A stretch of DNA of 64,000 nt from an uncultured Anaerolineales bacterium (lineage in GTDB: Bacteria; Chloroflexota; Anaerolineae; Anaerolineales; Villigracilaceae), in the NCBI GenBank assembly GCA_903884265.1, contig CAISEG010000073.1:13957-77956 (forward strand). The letters run 5' to 3'. Positions 28,815 through 37,407 of this stretch are shown here, piece after piece. Each line of letters starts with the position of its first letter. Position 1 is the stretch's first letter. The notes below the pieces were generated by a model that was given only the letters and a program-made list of their open reading frames with translations, made no database searches and was not told the DNA's origin. Position numbers and translations under genes: made by a program.

Positions 28815-29192
28815 CTATTCGCTTAATTTGATCTCCAGGATCGCATAGTGGGTATGGCGCAATCTGGAATTGATTGAAAGAAGGATGCCCATCAAGCTGT
28901 ATTTTTTATAGATCAAATGGGCCACTTCCTTCTCTACCGTAGGGTCCGCCACGCGACGCGCCTGGGCCGGGATCCATTCACTTAGCAATCCCCCATCCAT
29001 TTTGCATAACGCCACATTGACATGACCATTATTGCGGATGCGCTTGACTTTACCCGATTCATCCACGGTCCGGACGAAGAGCGTCTTCCCATCCTGAACG
29101 AACCAGACAGGAGTCTTCATACCCTCGCCATTCCTGCGGAAGGTTTCGAGATTGATGTATTGTTGGTGTTTGAATTGTTCCAATTTATCCAT
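28815..29192 (-). CDS. PPOX-class (pyridoxamine 5'-phosphate oxidase-like) flavin/F420-binding split-barrel protein
   Basis: 125 aa. YINLETFRRNGEGMKTPVWFVQDGKTLFVRTVDESGKVKRIRNNGHVNVA is typical of small PPOX class F420/FMN enzymes. Confidence 0.7.
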   Translation of the reverse strand: MDKLEQFKHQQYINLETFRRNGEGMKTPVWFVQDGKTLFVRTVDESGKVKRIRNNGHVNVALCKMDGGLLSEWIPAQARRVADPTVEKEVAHLIYKKYSLMGILLSINSRLRHTHYAILEIKLSE

Positions 29193-29199
29193 TTTGCAC

Positions 29200-29955
29200 C
29201 TATTTCAAACCAGCCAGAAAATCCAACGTTGCCCCGACAATCTGATTTTGCTGGTCTTCCCTCGATATTGTTGCAAGATTATCGCCCGCTTGCGGACCAT
29301 ACCAGCCGAACTGGGCGTGGTCGCCACCTTCGATGGGAACAAAAACAGTCCCCACAGGGAGCAATTCATGAGATGCATTGATCTTGGCAGGTGTGGACAG
29401 CCCATCGAGAGTGCCTGAGATGGATAGGACCTCAACCCCACTTAGAGATAGATCATCACTTCGAGCAGGATAGGATGCCCAAAGGACCAATCCCTGGACC
29501 TTGCCCGGATGCGAATGGACAAAATTGGCTGCCATGGACCCTCCCAATGAGTGCCCACCCACAGCCCAGTGCTGGATCGCTGGGTAAGCAGCGATAACCT
29601 CCGCGGCCGCAGCCGGTTTGAAGACCGCCAAGTTAAGCGGGACATGGACAATTACCACAAGGTAACCCTGGGCGGCAATCTGGTGCGCGGCGGGAGCATA
29701 GGCACGATAATCCACGCGGCCGCCGGGATAAATAATAAAACCGGTTGTTGGCGGAGTAGTCAAGGGAGTAAAGACCAGCCATTGGCCGGTCTCAATTGCC
29801 ACGGCGTGGTCGGATTGGAGTGCGGTAAGCGCTTCTGGCATGGGTTTGGCCGGGGTTGAGCCCCATATCACGAAGGCGAGGGCGAGCACTACCAGCAGGA
29901 CGATGGATGCCAGAAGTATCCGGGTCCAGGCAGTAGTGCGTTTCTTCTCAGCCAT
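29200..29955 (-). CDS. membrane-anchored alpha/beta hydrolase
   Basis: N-terminal TM helix (ILLASIVLLVVLALAFVIW), nucleophile elbow GGHSLGG, and a C-terminal GGDHAQF motif. Confidence 0.7.
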   Translation of the reverse strand: MAEKKRTTAWTRILLASIVLLVVLALAFVIWGSTPAKPMPEALTALQSDHAVAIETGQWLVFTPLTTPPTTGFIIYPGGRVDYRAYAPAAHQIAAQGYLVVIVHVPLNLAVFKPAAAAEVIAAYPAIQHWAVGGHSLGGSMAANFVHSHPGKVQGLVLWASYPARSDDLSLSGVEVLSISGTLDGLSTPAKINASHELLPVGTVFVPIEGGDHAQFGWYGPQAGDNLATISREDQQNQIVGATLDFLAGLK

Positions 29956-31213
29956 TGGCCACCTCCGGAGTAGGGGGAACCACGGGAACTCTCACCAGGA
30001 TGATCCGTCGATATGCAAAGTACACCGCCCAGAGCATTAGGGCTGAACTCACAACACCGGGAGCCCAGGCGCCAAAGTTTTGGAGCAGGAATCCACCCGC
30101 CGAAGGGGCAATCACGCGCGTCACACTTTCCAATGAAGTGGAGATTCCCAGAGTGCCGCCAATCTCTGCGCGGGTGACTGACTTGGTAATGGCACTGTTG
30201 ATGATCGTGTTTAGCATTCCGCCACCCAGGGACAGGGGTAGCATGACGACCAACAGGACCGGTAGGTTCGGAGTAATTGCCCAACCGGCAAGACCAAAGA
30301 CCATCAACCACATGCTGGTGATAATGATGGCATTTTCTCTGAAACGTTTGGTCACAAGACCCACCCCAACGCCCTGAACCACTACCGAAAGCAGACCTAC
30401 ATAGGCGAGCACGTAGCCAGTGGTCTGTGAGGACAGTTTTAGTTTATACGCCGCGTACAAGGAAAAGATGGATTGGAACATGGAAAACGCCAGTCCGAAG
30501 AAGAACCGCACATGCAGTAGCGGACCAACCTTGGGGCGGTTAAGTGCATTGACCAAAGCCTTAAGCGTGAACGGAGGGCGTTTCCGCTCGCGGAGGTCTA
30601 AGCGGCGTTCTTCTGAAAGCGACTCGGGCAGGAAGAAGAAGATCGAGATCAGATTAAGGAAAGAGAGTCCCGCAGCGACCAATGCTGGAACACTATATCC
30701 AAATTTACTGAGCAGACCTCCAACCGCGGGTCCGATGATGAAACCCAGCCCAAAGGCCGCGCCGATTAGGCCCAGCCCCTTGGCACGGTTCTTTTCATCT
30801 GTTATATCAGAGATGTAGGCCTGCGCCACCGTGATATTGCCTCCAGTCAACCCATCCACACTGCGGCTAAGGAATAAGACGCCCAACACAAAGACGTTAA
30901 TGGCGGTCGAGGCAGCCAGGCTTGCCAGGCTGTGTCCAAGGGGTTCTGCAAATGCCAGTAATAGGAAGCCAACAAAAGTCCCGGCTACACTAAGCAACAG
31001 GATCAGGCGGCGGCCAAACCGGTCTGAGAGGCGGCCCATTAATGGCGCACCAAAAAGAGAAGCAGCTGCATAGGAAGCGGTCAGCAGCCCGATGACAGCC
31101 GGTGTTGCACCAAATTTTTCAGCATAATATGGCAATAGCGGCAGGATCAGGCTGAAGCCAAGCAGGTCAACGAATACAACAATAAAGATGTTAATTAAAC
31201 GGGCAGTTTTCAT
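29948..31213 (-). CDS. MFS transporter (DHA1/TetA-like efflux type)
   Basis: 12 TM helices. MFS motif A GRLSDRFGRRLILL. Overlaps the downstream gene by 8 nt. Confidence 0.85.
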   Translation of the reverse strand: MKTARLINIFIVVFVDLLGFSLILPLLPYYAEKFGATPAVIGLLTASYAAASLFGAPLMGRLSDRFGRRLILLLSVAGTFVGFLLLAFAEPLGHSLASLAASTAINVFVLGVLFLSRSVDGLTGGNITVAQAYISDITDEKNRAKGLGLIGAAFGLGFIIGPAVGGLLSKFGYSVPALVAAGLSFLNLISIFFFLPESLSEERRLDLRERKRPPFTLKALVNALNRPKVGPLLHVRFFFGLAFSMFQSIFSLYAAYKLKLSSQTTGYVLAYVGLLSVVVQGVGVGLVTKRFRENAIIITSMWLMVFGLAGWAITPNLPVLLVVMLPLSLGGGMLNTIINSAITKSVTRAEIGGTLGISTSLESVTRVIAPSAGGFLLQNFGAWAPGVVSSALMLWAVYFAYRRIILVRVPVVPPTPEVANG

Positions 31214-31221
31214 ATGGGTAT

Positions 31222-32091
31222 CTACTTTTCCAGAGGTTTAAAAGACGAGGGGATAATATTAACAGTCATATCTACAGACCGGGCAGGCAGGCGAAATAAG
31301 CTTCGTAATCCTTCCCGCAGGAACCCGAACAGGAAGCTAAATTGTGATCCGATTCTGATATCTAAGCCAGTCTTGCCGTCAGTGGCAGAAGAGGCTAGCC
31401 AGAGAGCCTTGCGAGCCGCGACTTCCGGTTTCTTCCCGGCAGCGCGGATCAGGAAAGGCATGAAACCGCGCAAGCGCTTCTCATGATTCTCGAAGGTGTC
31501 GATCTCGGTCAGCAAATCGGTATCCATCAGGCCGGGCTGGAGGGTGTACACCCCTACGCCGCTTTCTTTGTATTCAGAAGCCAGCGCCAGGGTAAAGACC
31601 CGGATCCAGGCTTTGGTTGAGCCATAAGCGTTCTGGTTCGGGACCGGTTTCTTCGAACCCGCACCAAGGATGTTAATGAGCTTGCCAGCCTTGCGCGGCA
31701 GGAAATGGCGCATGGCGGTCGCCGTACCATAATAATTGCCAAATATATTGGTCCGCAACACGGACAGAAACTGGTCAGGTGAAAGGTCGAGGGTCGCACC
31801 ATACGGGCCGGCAGTCCCCGCATTGTTGACCCAGATATCAAAGCCGCCATATTCCTTAATGGCAAAAAACGCCAGATCCTCCACTTGCTTCTGATCCGAG
31901 ACATCGCAGGCAAAGGCCAAAGCATCCAGCCCCTCCGCACGCAGGCTGGAGGCATTTTGTTCAATATCGTTTTTCGAACGAGCAGAGAGTATCACCTTTG
32001 CCCCTTCATGAGCGAAAAGGTTGGCGATGGCCTTTCCCAGGCCGCGGCTGGCTCCGGTGATGACAGTGACTTTTCCTTCAAGTTCTTTCAT
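31222..32091 (-). CDS. short-chain dehydrogenase/reductase (SDR)
   Basis: TGASRGLGKAIA cofactor motif, NNAG, and catalytic YGSTKA. Confidence 0.85.
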   Translation of the reverse strand: MKELEGKVTVITGASRGLGKAIANLFAHEGAKVILSARSKNDIEQNASSLRAEGLDALAFACDVSDQKQVEDLAFFAIKEYGGFDIWVNNAGTAGPYGATLDLSPDQFLSVLRTNIFGNYYGTATAMRHFLPRKAGKLINILGAGSKKPVPNQNAYGSTKAWIRVFTLALASEYKESGVGVYTLQPGLMDTDLLTEIDTFENHEKRLRGFMPFLIRAAGKKPEVAARKALWLASSATDGKTGLDIRIGSQFSFLFGFLREGLRSLFRLPARSVDMTVNIIPSSFKPLEK

Positions 32092-32107
32092 GTTTATTCC
32101 TTTTATC

Positions 32108-33142
32108 TTATTTTTCTGAGATCAATTCCACTGCAGCTGCCGGTTGTTTGCGGAAGCGGTCAGCGATCCAAATCCCGAATGCCACCACTCCAGCCAAGAC
32201 CAAGACCAGTAAATACTCGATCAATGGTATGCGTAAAATCTCGTTGAGTTGCACCCAACCGCGGCTGGGATAGACAAGCAGCGCACCCCCGACGAACAAT
32301 CCGGTAAAGGTCCACTTCAGCCAGCGTGGTAGATTGAGGCCATGCATCTGGGTCACGATGAAGATTCCAGCAAAACCAAAAGCGAACATCGGCCAGATGC
32401 CATTACCCTGAATAATTGCCACCAGCGTGCCGTGTACGGCTACCGTGACTTCCTGAACGACCATCCAGTATTTGTTGATATGGATGCGGGTCAGGAACAA
32501 GCTGCCCTGTAGCAACAGCAGGAACATATAGAAGAATCCGATCAGATGGCCGGTGGTATTCTCCATCGGATGATACCAGAAAGTATAAACAATGGCCCAT
32601 GCAAAAAGGTAACCGTGGTACTTACGCACAAAAGACATGACACGTTTACCCAGCGGAACTTTTTTCCCCCAGAAAAGTCCGCGTCGCTTATTCTCCATAA
32701 GCAGGATCGCTACCAGCATTAGGATGACCGAACTCTGGGATGAGAATATGGAAACATCCTGCGCCAGCCCATCGTACCAGAGGTGGGTCTGGACAAAGTG
32801 TAAAAGGATGAAAAAGACATTGGCTCCCAGCGCAACCAGGTTCACCAGATGCAGACCCGTGCTATATTTCTTGACCCGTGACTGGGCATAAAAAATAAGA
32901 CTCCAGAGTGTAATCTGGTGCAATACATAAAACATCCAGGCTGTGAAATGAGACCAGAAGGTCGGGGTGATCAGTTTCCAGTAATACCAGGCTGCGCCCC
33001 GGTCCAGCAGATGCGGGATGGAGGCAAGACGCTGTCCCGCCCACCAAATGAGCCCAGTGAAGGCAATACTGAAAGCAATGCCTCCCAACAGGGCAATCCT
33101 GACAGATCGGGGTTGATCAAGGGGGTTGGTTAGAGATGCCAT
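32108..33142 (-). CDS. polytopic membrane protein of unknown family; first gene of the operon facing litR
   Basis: 344 aa, about 9 TM helices with several intramembrane His residues (LHFVQTHLWYDG, YHGYLFAWAIVYTFWYHPME, TVAVHGT). AGGAA SD. Confidence 0.6.
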   Translation of the reverse strand: MASLTNPLDQPRSVRIALLGGIAFSIAFTGLIWWAGQRLASIPHLLDRGAAWYYWKLITPTFWSHFTAWMFYVLHQITLWSLIFYAQSRVKKYSTGLHLVNLVALGANVFFILLHFVQTHLWYDGLAQDVSIFSSQSSVILMLVAILLMENKRRGLFWGKKVPLGKRVMSFVRKYHGYLFAWAIVYTFWYHPMENTTGHLIGFFYMFLLLLQGSLFLTRIHINKYWMVVQEVTVAVHGTLVAIIQGNGIWPMFAFGFAGIFIVTQMHGLNLPRWLKWTFTGLFVGGALLVYPSRGWVQLNEILRIPLIEYLLVLVLAGVVAFGIWIADRFRKQPAAAVELISEK

Positions 33143-33180
33143 TTCCTTATATTTTTCCTTTTTTGGTCAAATTTAGATAT

Positions 33181-33209
33181 ATTATAATAGACTGCACATA
33201 AATTGTCAA
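33181..33209 (-). promoter_or_regulatory. consensus sigma-70 promoter for the 32108..33142 operon
   Basis: On the minus strand: TTGACA (33209..33204), 17-nt spacer, TATAAT (33186..33181). Confidence 0.7.
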
Positions 33210-33234
33210 GTTATTGTATAGATTTACTTGACAA
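33203..33234. promoter_or_regulatory. perfect 9-bp inverted repeat; candidate LitR/CarH operator
   Basis: TTGTCAAGT (33203..33211), 14-nt spacer, ACTTGACAA (33226..33234). Each arm contains the -35 hexamer of one of the two divergent promoters. Confidence 0.6.
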
Positions 33235-33256
33235 AATTAACTATTACAAGTATGAT
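33228..33256 (+). promoter_or_regulatory. sigma-70 promoter of litR/carH
   Basis: TTGACA (33228..33233), 17-nt spacer, TATGAT (33251..33256), 29 nt before the ATG. Confidence 0.65.
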
Positions 33257-33285
33257 TAACTTGGTTAAAAGAAAAGACAATATCA

Positions 33286-34236
33286 ATGGATAAATCTGGT
33301 TCAGCTTCACCCCTCTATAACATAGGCGTAGTTACCCGCGTCACTGGAGTTCCAATCGCAACTCTGCATGCCTGGGAAAGGCGCTATGGATTCCCTGACG
33401 CTGCACGATCTGCTGGCGGGCACCGCCTGTATTCAGAAAAAGACATCGCCCGTTTGCGCTGGGTCAAATCCCAAGTGGATTCAGGACTGACTGTCAGCCG
33501 GGCGGTGATCGCGGCGCGCGCCCTTGAAGCGAATGGACGCCTGTTCCTACCCAATGAATCGGAGGCAAGTCAAAAGTCTCAATCCAGCCGCATCGCTTTC
33601 CCATCCCTGCGTGAATCACTGCTGGACGCCCTCTTCCACCACAACCTGCCGCGCGCTGACCAATTAATGGGAGAGATGCTGGCGTTTTACTCCCCTGAAG
33701 ACCTGACGTTGGAGGTCATAGGCCCGGCATTGAATGCCATCGGTGAAGCCTGGGAACAGGGGCACATCACCATTGCCACCGAGCACCTAGCAACCAATTA
33801 CCTGCGTCACCGCCTGTTGATGTGGATGGTGACCGGTCTAACCCCCAGATCTGGGGACTCGATTGTGCTTGCCTGCGCGCCAGGCGAACTGCACGAGGGG
33901 AGTCTCCTGATGCTGGGTGTGCTTTTACGCCGTAAGGGTTGGCCAGTGGCCTATCTCGGCCAGAACGTACCCTTCCACGACCTGGCAAAATTTATTGACG
34001 ATATTCATCCCAGTGCAGTTGTACTTGTAGCCATCTGCGAAGAACCGGCGCGGGCGCTCACAGATTGGCCGCATTGGATCAACCAAGTGGGCGGTCACCC
34101 TATCATCGGATTTGGCGGGCGGGCATTTATCGTCCACCCGGAGTTGCAGGGAATGGTGCCAGGTGTCTATCTAGGTACATCAATATCGGAAGGTATGACA
34201 AATTTGGTTTCACTACTTCAAAGGATTGAAAAATAA
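33286..34236 (+). CDS. litR: MerR-family, B12-binding light-responsive regulator (CarH/LitR class)
   Basis: N-terminal MerR HTH (YNIGVVTRVTGVPIATLHAWERRYGFP...GGHRLYSEKDI). W-x9-E-H motif (WEQGHITIATEH). A cobalamin-binding Rossmann module follows, with lower-ligand region ACAPGELHEGSLLMLGVLLRRKGWPVAYLGQNVP. Confidence 0.8.
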   Translation: MDKSGSASPLYNIGVVTRVTGVPIATLHAWERRYGFPDAARSAGGHRLYSEKDIARLRWVKSQVDSGLTVSRAVIAARALEANGRLFLPNESEASQKSQSSRIAFPSLRESLLDALFHHNLPRADQLMGEMLAFYSPEDLTLEVIGPALNAIGEAWEQGHITIATEHLATNYLRHRLLMWMVTGLTPRSGDSIVLACAPGELHEGSLLMLGVLLRRKGWPVAYLGQNVPFHDLAKFIDDIHPSAVVLVAICEEPARALTDWPHWINQVGGHPIIGFGGRAFIVHPELQGMVPGVYLGTSISEGMTNLVSLLQRIEK

Positions 34237-34251
34237 TGCGTAAAAAAAAAG

Positions 34252-34279
34252 AACGGCCTCCAGAAAAACAGAGGCCGTT
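34252..34279. terminator. hairpin terminator; strong in the minus direction (obg), weaker for litR
   Basis: AACGGCCTC-loop(10)-GAGGCCGTT, preceded on the + strand by A9, which becomes a T-run for the minus strand. Confidence 0.6.
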
Positions 34280-34377
34280 TGAATTCCCTCAATTTTAAGA
34301 TCACTTGCCTTCCACCAGTACAGCTCGGGCAAGAACACTAAACATAGGAGAGTTGGATGGATAAAACTGAAGGGTAT

Positions 34378-35643
34378 TTACTCGCGATACTCCAGCTCAT
34401 ACTCCCCGATATAGACGGTATCCCCCTCCTGCGCGCCAGCTTCCCGGAGCGCCTTGTCCACGCCAAGACGTTCCATCAATTTCTGGAAGCGTCGCACCGA
34501 CCCGGACTGGTCCCATGGGGTCATTTCGGCCGCGCGTTCGATGGATACCGATTTGACACGAAAGCCGCCGTCCGATTCGCGCAGGATAGTGAAGGCGCGC
34601 GGGTCTTCGACAGGACGGTAGACCGGCATGGGTGGTTCGACTTCCTCCAGCGTGGGTGTCTCGGCGAGGATGGCAGCAGCTTTGAGCAGCAACGCGCGTG
34701 TATCGGTCCGTGCCAGGGCTGAGATCGCCATTGAAACAATGCCGCGCTTCTTGAGTTCCTTTTTGATCTTCGGCCAGCGCTCCAGGACCTCGGGCTGGTC
34801 AATTTTATTCAAGGCAACGATCTGCGGCTTCTTTGGCAGGTTCGGATCAAAGAGACCCAGTTCGGTGTTGCTTTGGTCAAAATCCTCCAACGGATCGTCG
34901 GAGAGACCATCCAGGAGGTGGATCAGAACCCGGGTGCGCTGGATGTGACGCAGGAAATCATGTCCCAGACCTACGCCTTGTGCGGCCCCTTCCACCAAGC
35001 CAGGGATGTCGGCGAGAACAACAGTCGTGTCAGCATCCACTTCTGCCACACCCAGGTTCGGTTCAATGGTCGTGAACGGATAAGCGGCAATTTTTGGCCT
35101 TGCATTGGTCAGGACAGACAGCAAAGTGGATTTTCCCGCGTTGGGTACACCAACGATGCCGATGTCAGCTATGAGTTTGAGCTCAAGGCGCAACCGTTTC
35201 TCCTCACCCGGTTCACCACGTTCAGCGGTGCGGGGGATCTGGTTGATGGAACTCTTGAAGTGGGGATTGCCACGCCCGCCGCGCCCGCCCTTGCAGACCT
35301 GCAATTGCTGGTCAAGCGCGGTCATGTCGCCAATCAGCTCTCCGGTAGCAGCGTCGTAGACCACCGTGCCAGGTGGGACAAGCACAAAAAGGTCATCGGC
35401 AGATTTACCAGACTTGTTATTGGTTCCTCCGCCTTTGCCGTCCTCCGCTGAATAACGAGTCGTATGGCGGAAAGCAGCTAGCGTGTTGAGGGTGGGAAGT
35501 ACTTCAAGAATAACGTTACCACCGCGCCCACCGTCGCCACCATCGGGTCCACCACGTGGTACATATTTCTCGCGATGGAAATGAACCATGCCATCGCCAC
35601 CTTTGCCGGATTGTACGAGGATTTCTGCTTGATCTATGAACAT
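34378..35643 (-). CDS. obg: GTPase Obg/CgtA
   Basis: Obg fold MFIDQAEILVQSGKGGDGMVHFHREKYVPRGGPDGGDGGRGGNVIL. G1 GVPNAGKST, G3 DIPGL, G4 NKID. C-terminal OCT-like domain. Confidence 0.95.
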   Translation of the reverse strand: MFIDQAEILVQSGKGGDGMVHFHREKYVPRGGPDGGDGGRGGNVILEVLPTLNTLAAFRHTTRYSAEDGKGGGTNNKSGKSADDLFVLVPPGTVVYDAATGELIGDMTALDQQLQVCKGGRGGRGNPHFKSSINQIPRTAERGEPGEEKRLRLELKLIADIGIVGVPNAGKSTLLSVLTNARPKIAAYPFTTIEPNLGVAEVDADTTVVLADIPGLVEGAAQGVGLGHDFLRHIQRTRVLIHLLDGLSDDPLEDFDQSNTELGLFDPNLPKKPQIVALNKIDQPEVLERWPKIKKELKKRGIVSMAISALARTDTRALLLKAAAILAETPTLEEVEPPMPVYRPVEDPRAFTILRESDGGFRVKSVSIERAAEMTPWDQSGSVRRFQKLMERLGVDKALREAGAQEGDTVYIGEYELEYRE

Positions 35644-35971
35644 GACCCTATTGTAACAAAGAGGTCGGGTTTCTGTGAGGAACCCAGCCTCTAGTTTATC
35701 TGTCGTTCCTGACCATTTATTTCAATTCCATGAACACTGGCCGGACCAGAACGCAGTACTTGCCGGAATTGCTGACGGAAAATCGAAGAAAACTGCAATC
35801 ATGGGTAATAAAGGAGATAAAAAAAGTTATAATAATCCAATACATGGAATATCACCAAGAGGTCGTGCCACGAAAATCACCATTCATTGTTAAATAATGG
35901 AAAGACTTTGTCCATTCCGTTGCGCATCCTCAATAGCTCAGTTAAGCGGTAGGTTATTTGAAAGGAGTTTC

Positions 35972-36466
35972 ATGGAAACAAAGGAAGAACTATCCAGCCC
36001 CTTTTCGATTGGAAATAATGAAACAAGCCAGCTAAAGACACTGGATATCAATAAAGTAAGGGAATTATGGTCAAAAACATACAATACCAATGGAAAACCG
36101 GATTGGTCCCATATTTATCCATATTATCACCCGCAAGTGGTTTTCCAGGATCCCATCCAACGCATCGAAGGGATGGAGGAATTTGTCGCCCTGTGCTCAC
36201 GTTTGGCAAAGCGCTGCGAAAGTCTGCAAATGGAAATCCTCTCCATAGCCCAGAATTCCAATACCATTTTAATGGACTGGATCATGACCATGTCTTTCAA
36301 TAAATATCCCAGCACTCCGGTATACGGGAGCACAAAACTCACCATCCACACGGACGGTCGGATCATTCACCAGCGCGACTATTTTGACCTGTGGGGCGAT
36401 ATCTTCAATGGGATTCCCTATTTCAAAAAAGCCTATCGAAAATTCATGCGAAAGCACTTCGGGTAG
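35972..36466 (+). CDS. NTF2-like (SnoaL-type) small protein
   Basis: 164 aa from the ATG at 35972 (AAAGGAG SD). The cone-fold pattern YHPQVVFQDPIQRIEGMEEF...DWIMTM...DGRIIHQRDYFD is typical of the SnoaL/NTF2 superfamily. Confidence 0.55.
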   Translation: METKEELSSPFSIGNNETSQLKTLDINKVRELWSKTYNTNGKPDWSHIYPYYHPQVVFQDPIQRIEGMEEFVALCSRLAKRCESLQMEILSIAQNSNTILMDWIMTMSFNKYPSTPVYGSTKLTIHTDGRIIHQRDYFDLWGDIFNGIPYFKKAYRKFMRKHFG

Positions 36467-36477
36467 AGGAGCAACCC

Positions 36478-37407
36478 ATGCCAAAGCGGGAACTACCTGA
36501 TGAATTGATATTCATCAAAAACAGACGGGCAATCCAGAGGGCTACTACCGCTTCCATGGCGGGTAAGGTCTGTGTGGTATCCGGTTCATCCTCAGGAGTA
36601 GGACTGGAGGCTATTAAACGTCTTGCCCGTGGAGGCGCACAAATCGTCATGGTCTGCCGGAACCCAGACAAAGCCGATACCATCCGGAAGGAGGTGCTGG
36701 CACTATACAATGTCCGGGTGGATATCATCACATCAGATTTCAGTGATCTGGACGATGTCCGTAAAGCAGCGAATATCCTACTCAAAGATTACCCCCGTAT
36801 CGATGTACTGATCAACTCAGCTGGTCTGCATTCAACCACCCGTACGACCACCAAGGCTGGATTTGAAACGGTTTTCTGCGTAAATCATCTCGCTCCGTTT
36901 CTTCTTACTTACCTGCTTCTTGAGCGGTTAAAGAAAAGCGCACCCGCCCGTATCATCCAGGTGAATTCTGAAGGTCACAGGTTCGGCGGTCTGGATTTGG
37001 ATGATCTGAATTGGGAACACCGGCATTACATGGGACTCCGGGGGTACGGCGCTTCCAAGGTTGCGCAGCTGCTAACCACTTGGGAATTTGCTGACCGCTT
37101 GAAGGGATCTAGAGTTACCATCAACGCGATGCACCCAGGGGATGTGAAGACCAATATTGGCAATAACAACGGACCTTTGTATAGGTGGTTCCTTCATAAT
37201 GTCACCTGGCATACGCTAAAAGACCCGCTCTTATCCGGTGAAGCGCTGTACTACCTGGCTGCCGCCCCCGAATTGGCAGAAGTGAGCGGCCGTTTTTTCC
37301 ACCTGACCATCGATGAGAAACCCGCGACCAATGCCCTGGATCGGGAGAAAGGCCGCAAGGTATGGGATCTGAGCATGGAAATGACCGGGCTTACAGCAAG
37401 TCCTTAA
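36478..37407 (+). CDS. SDR-family oxidoreductase (retinol dehydrogenase/WWOX-like subgroup)
   Basis: VVSGSSSGVGLEA, NSAG and YGASKVA. ATG at 36478 with a GAGGAG SD. The 3' end overlaps the convergent gene by 17 nt. Confidence 0.8.
   Translation: MPKRELPDELIFIKNRRAIQRATTASMAGKVCVVSGSSSGVGLEAIKRLARGGAQIVMVCRNPDKADTIRKEVLALYNVRVDIITSDFSDLDDVRKAANILLKDYPRIDVLINSAGLHSTTRTTTKAGFETVFCVNHLAPFLLTYLLLERLKKSAPARIIQVNSEGHRFGGLDLDDLNWEHRHYMGLRGYGASKVAQLLTTWEFADRLKGSRVTINAMHPGDVKTNIGNNNGPLYRWFLHNVTWHTLKDPLLSGEALYYLAAAPELAEVSGRFFHLTIDEKPATNALDREKGRKVWDLSMEMTGLTASP

Noticed and set aside
35675-35893. 72-aa ORF upstream of the NTF2-like gene
   Set aside because: It has no SD, an unremarkable composition, and lies in the obg/NTF2 divergent promoter region. 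Evidence is insufficient.
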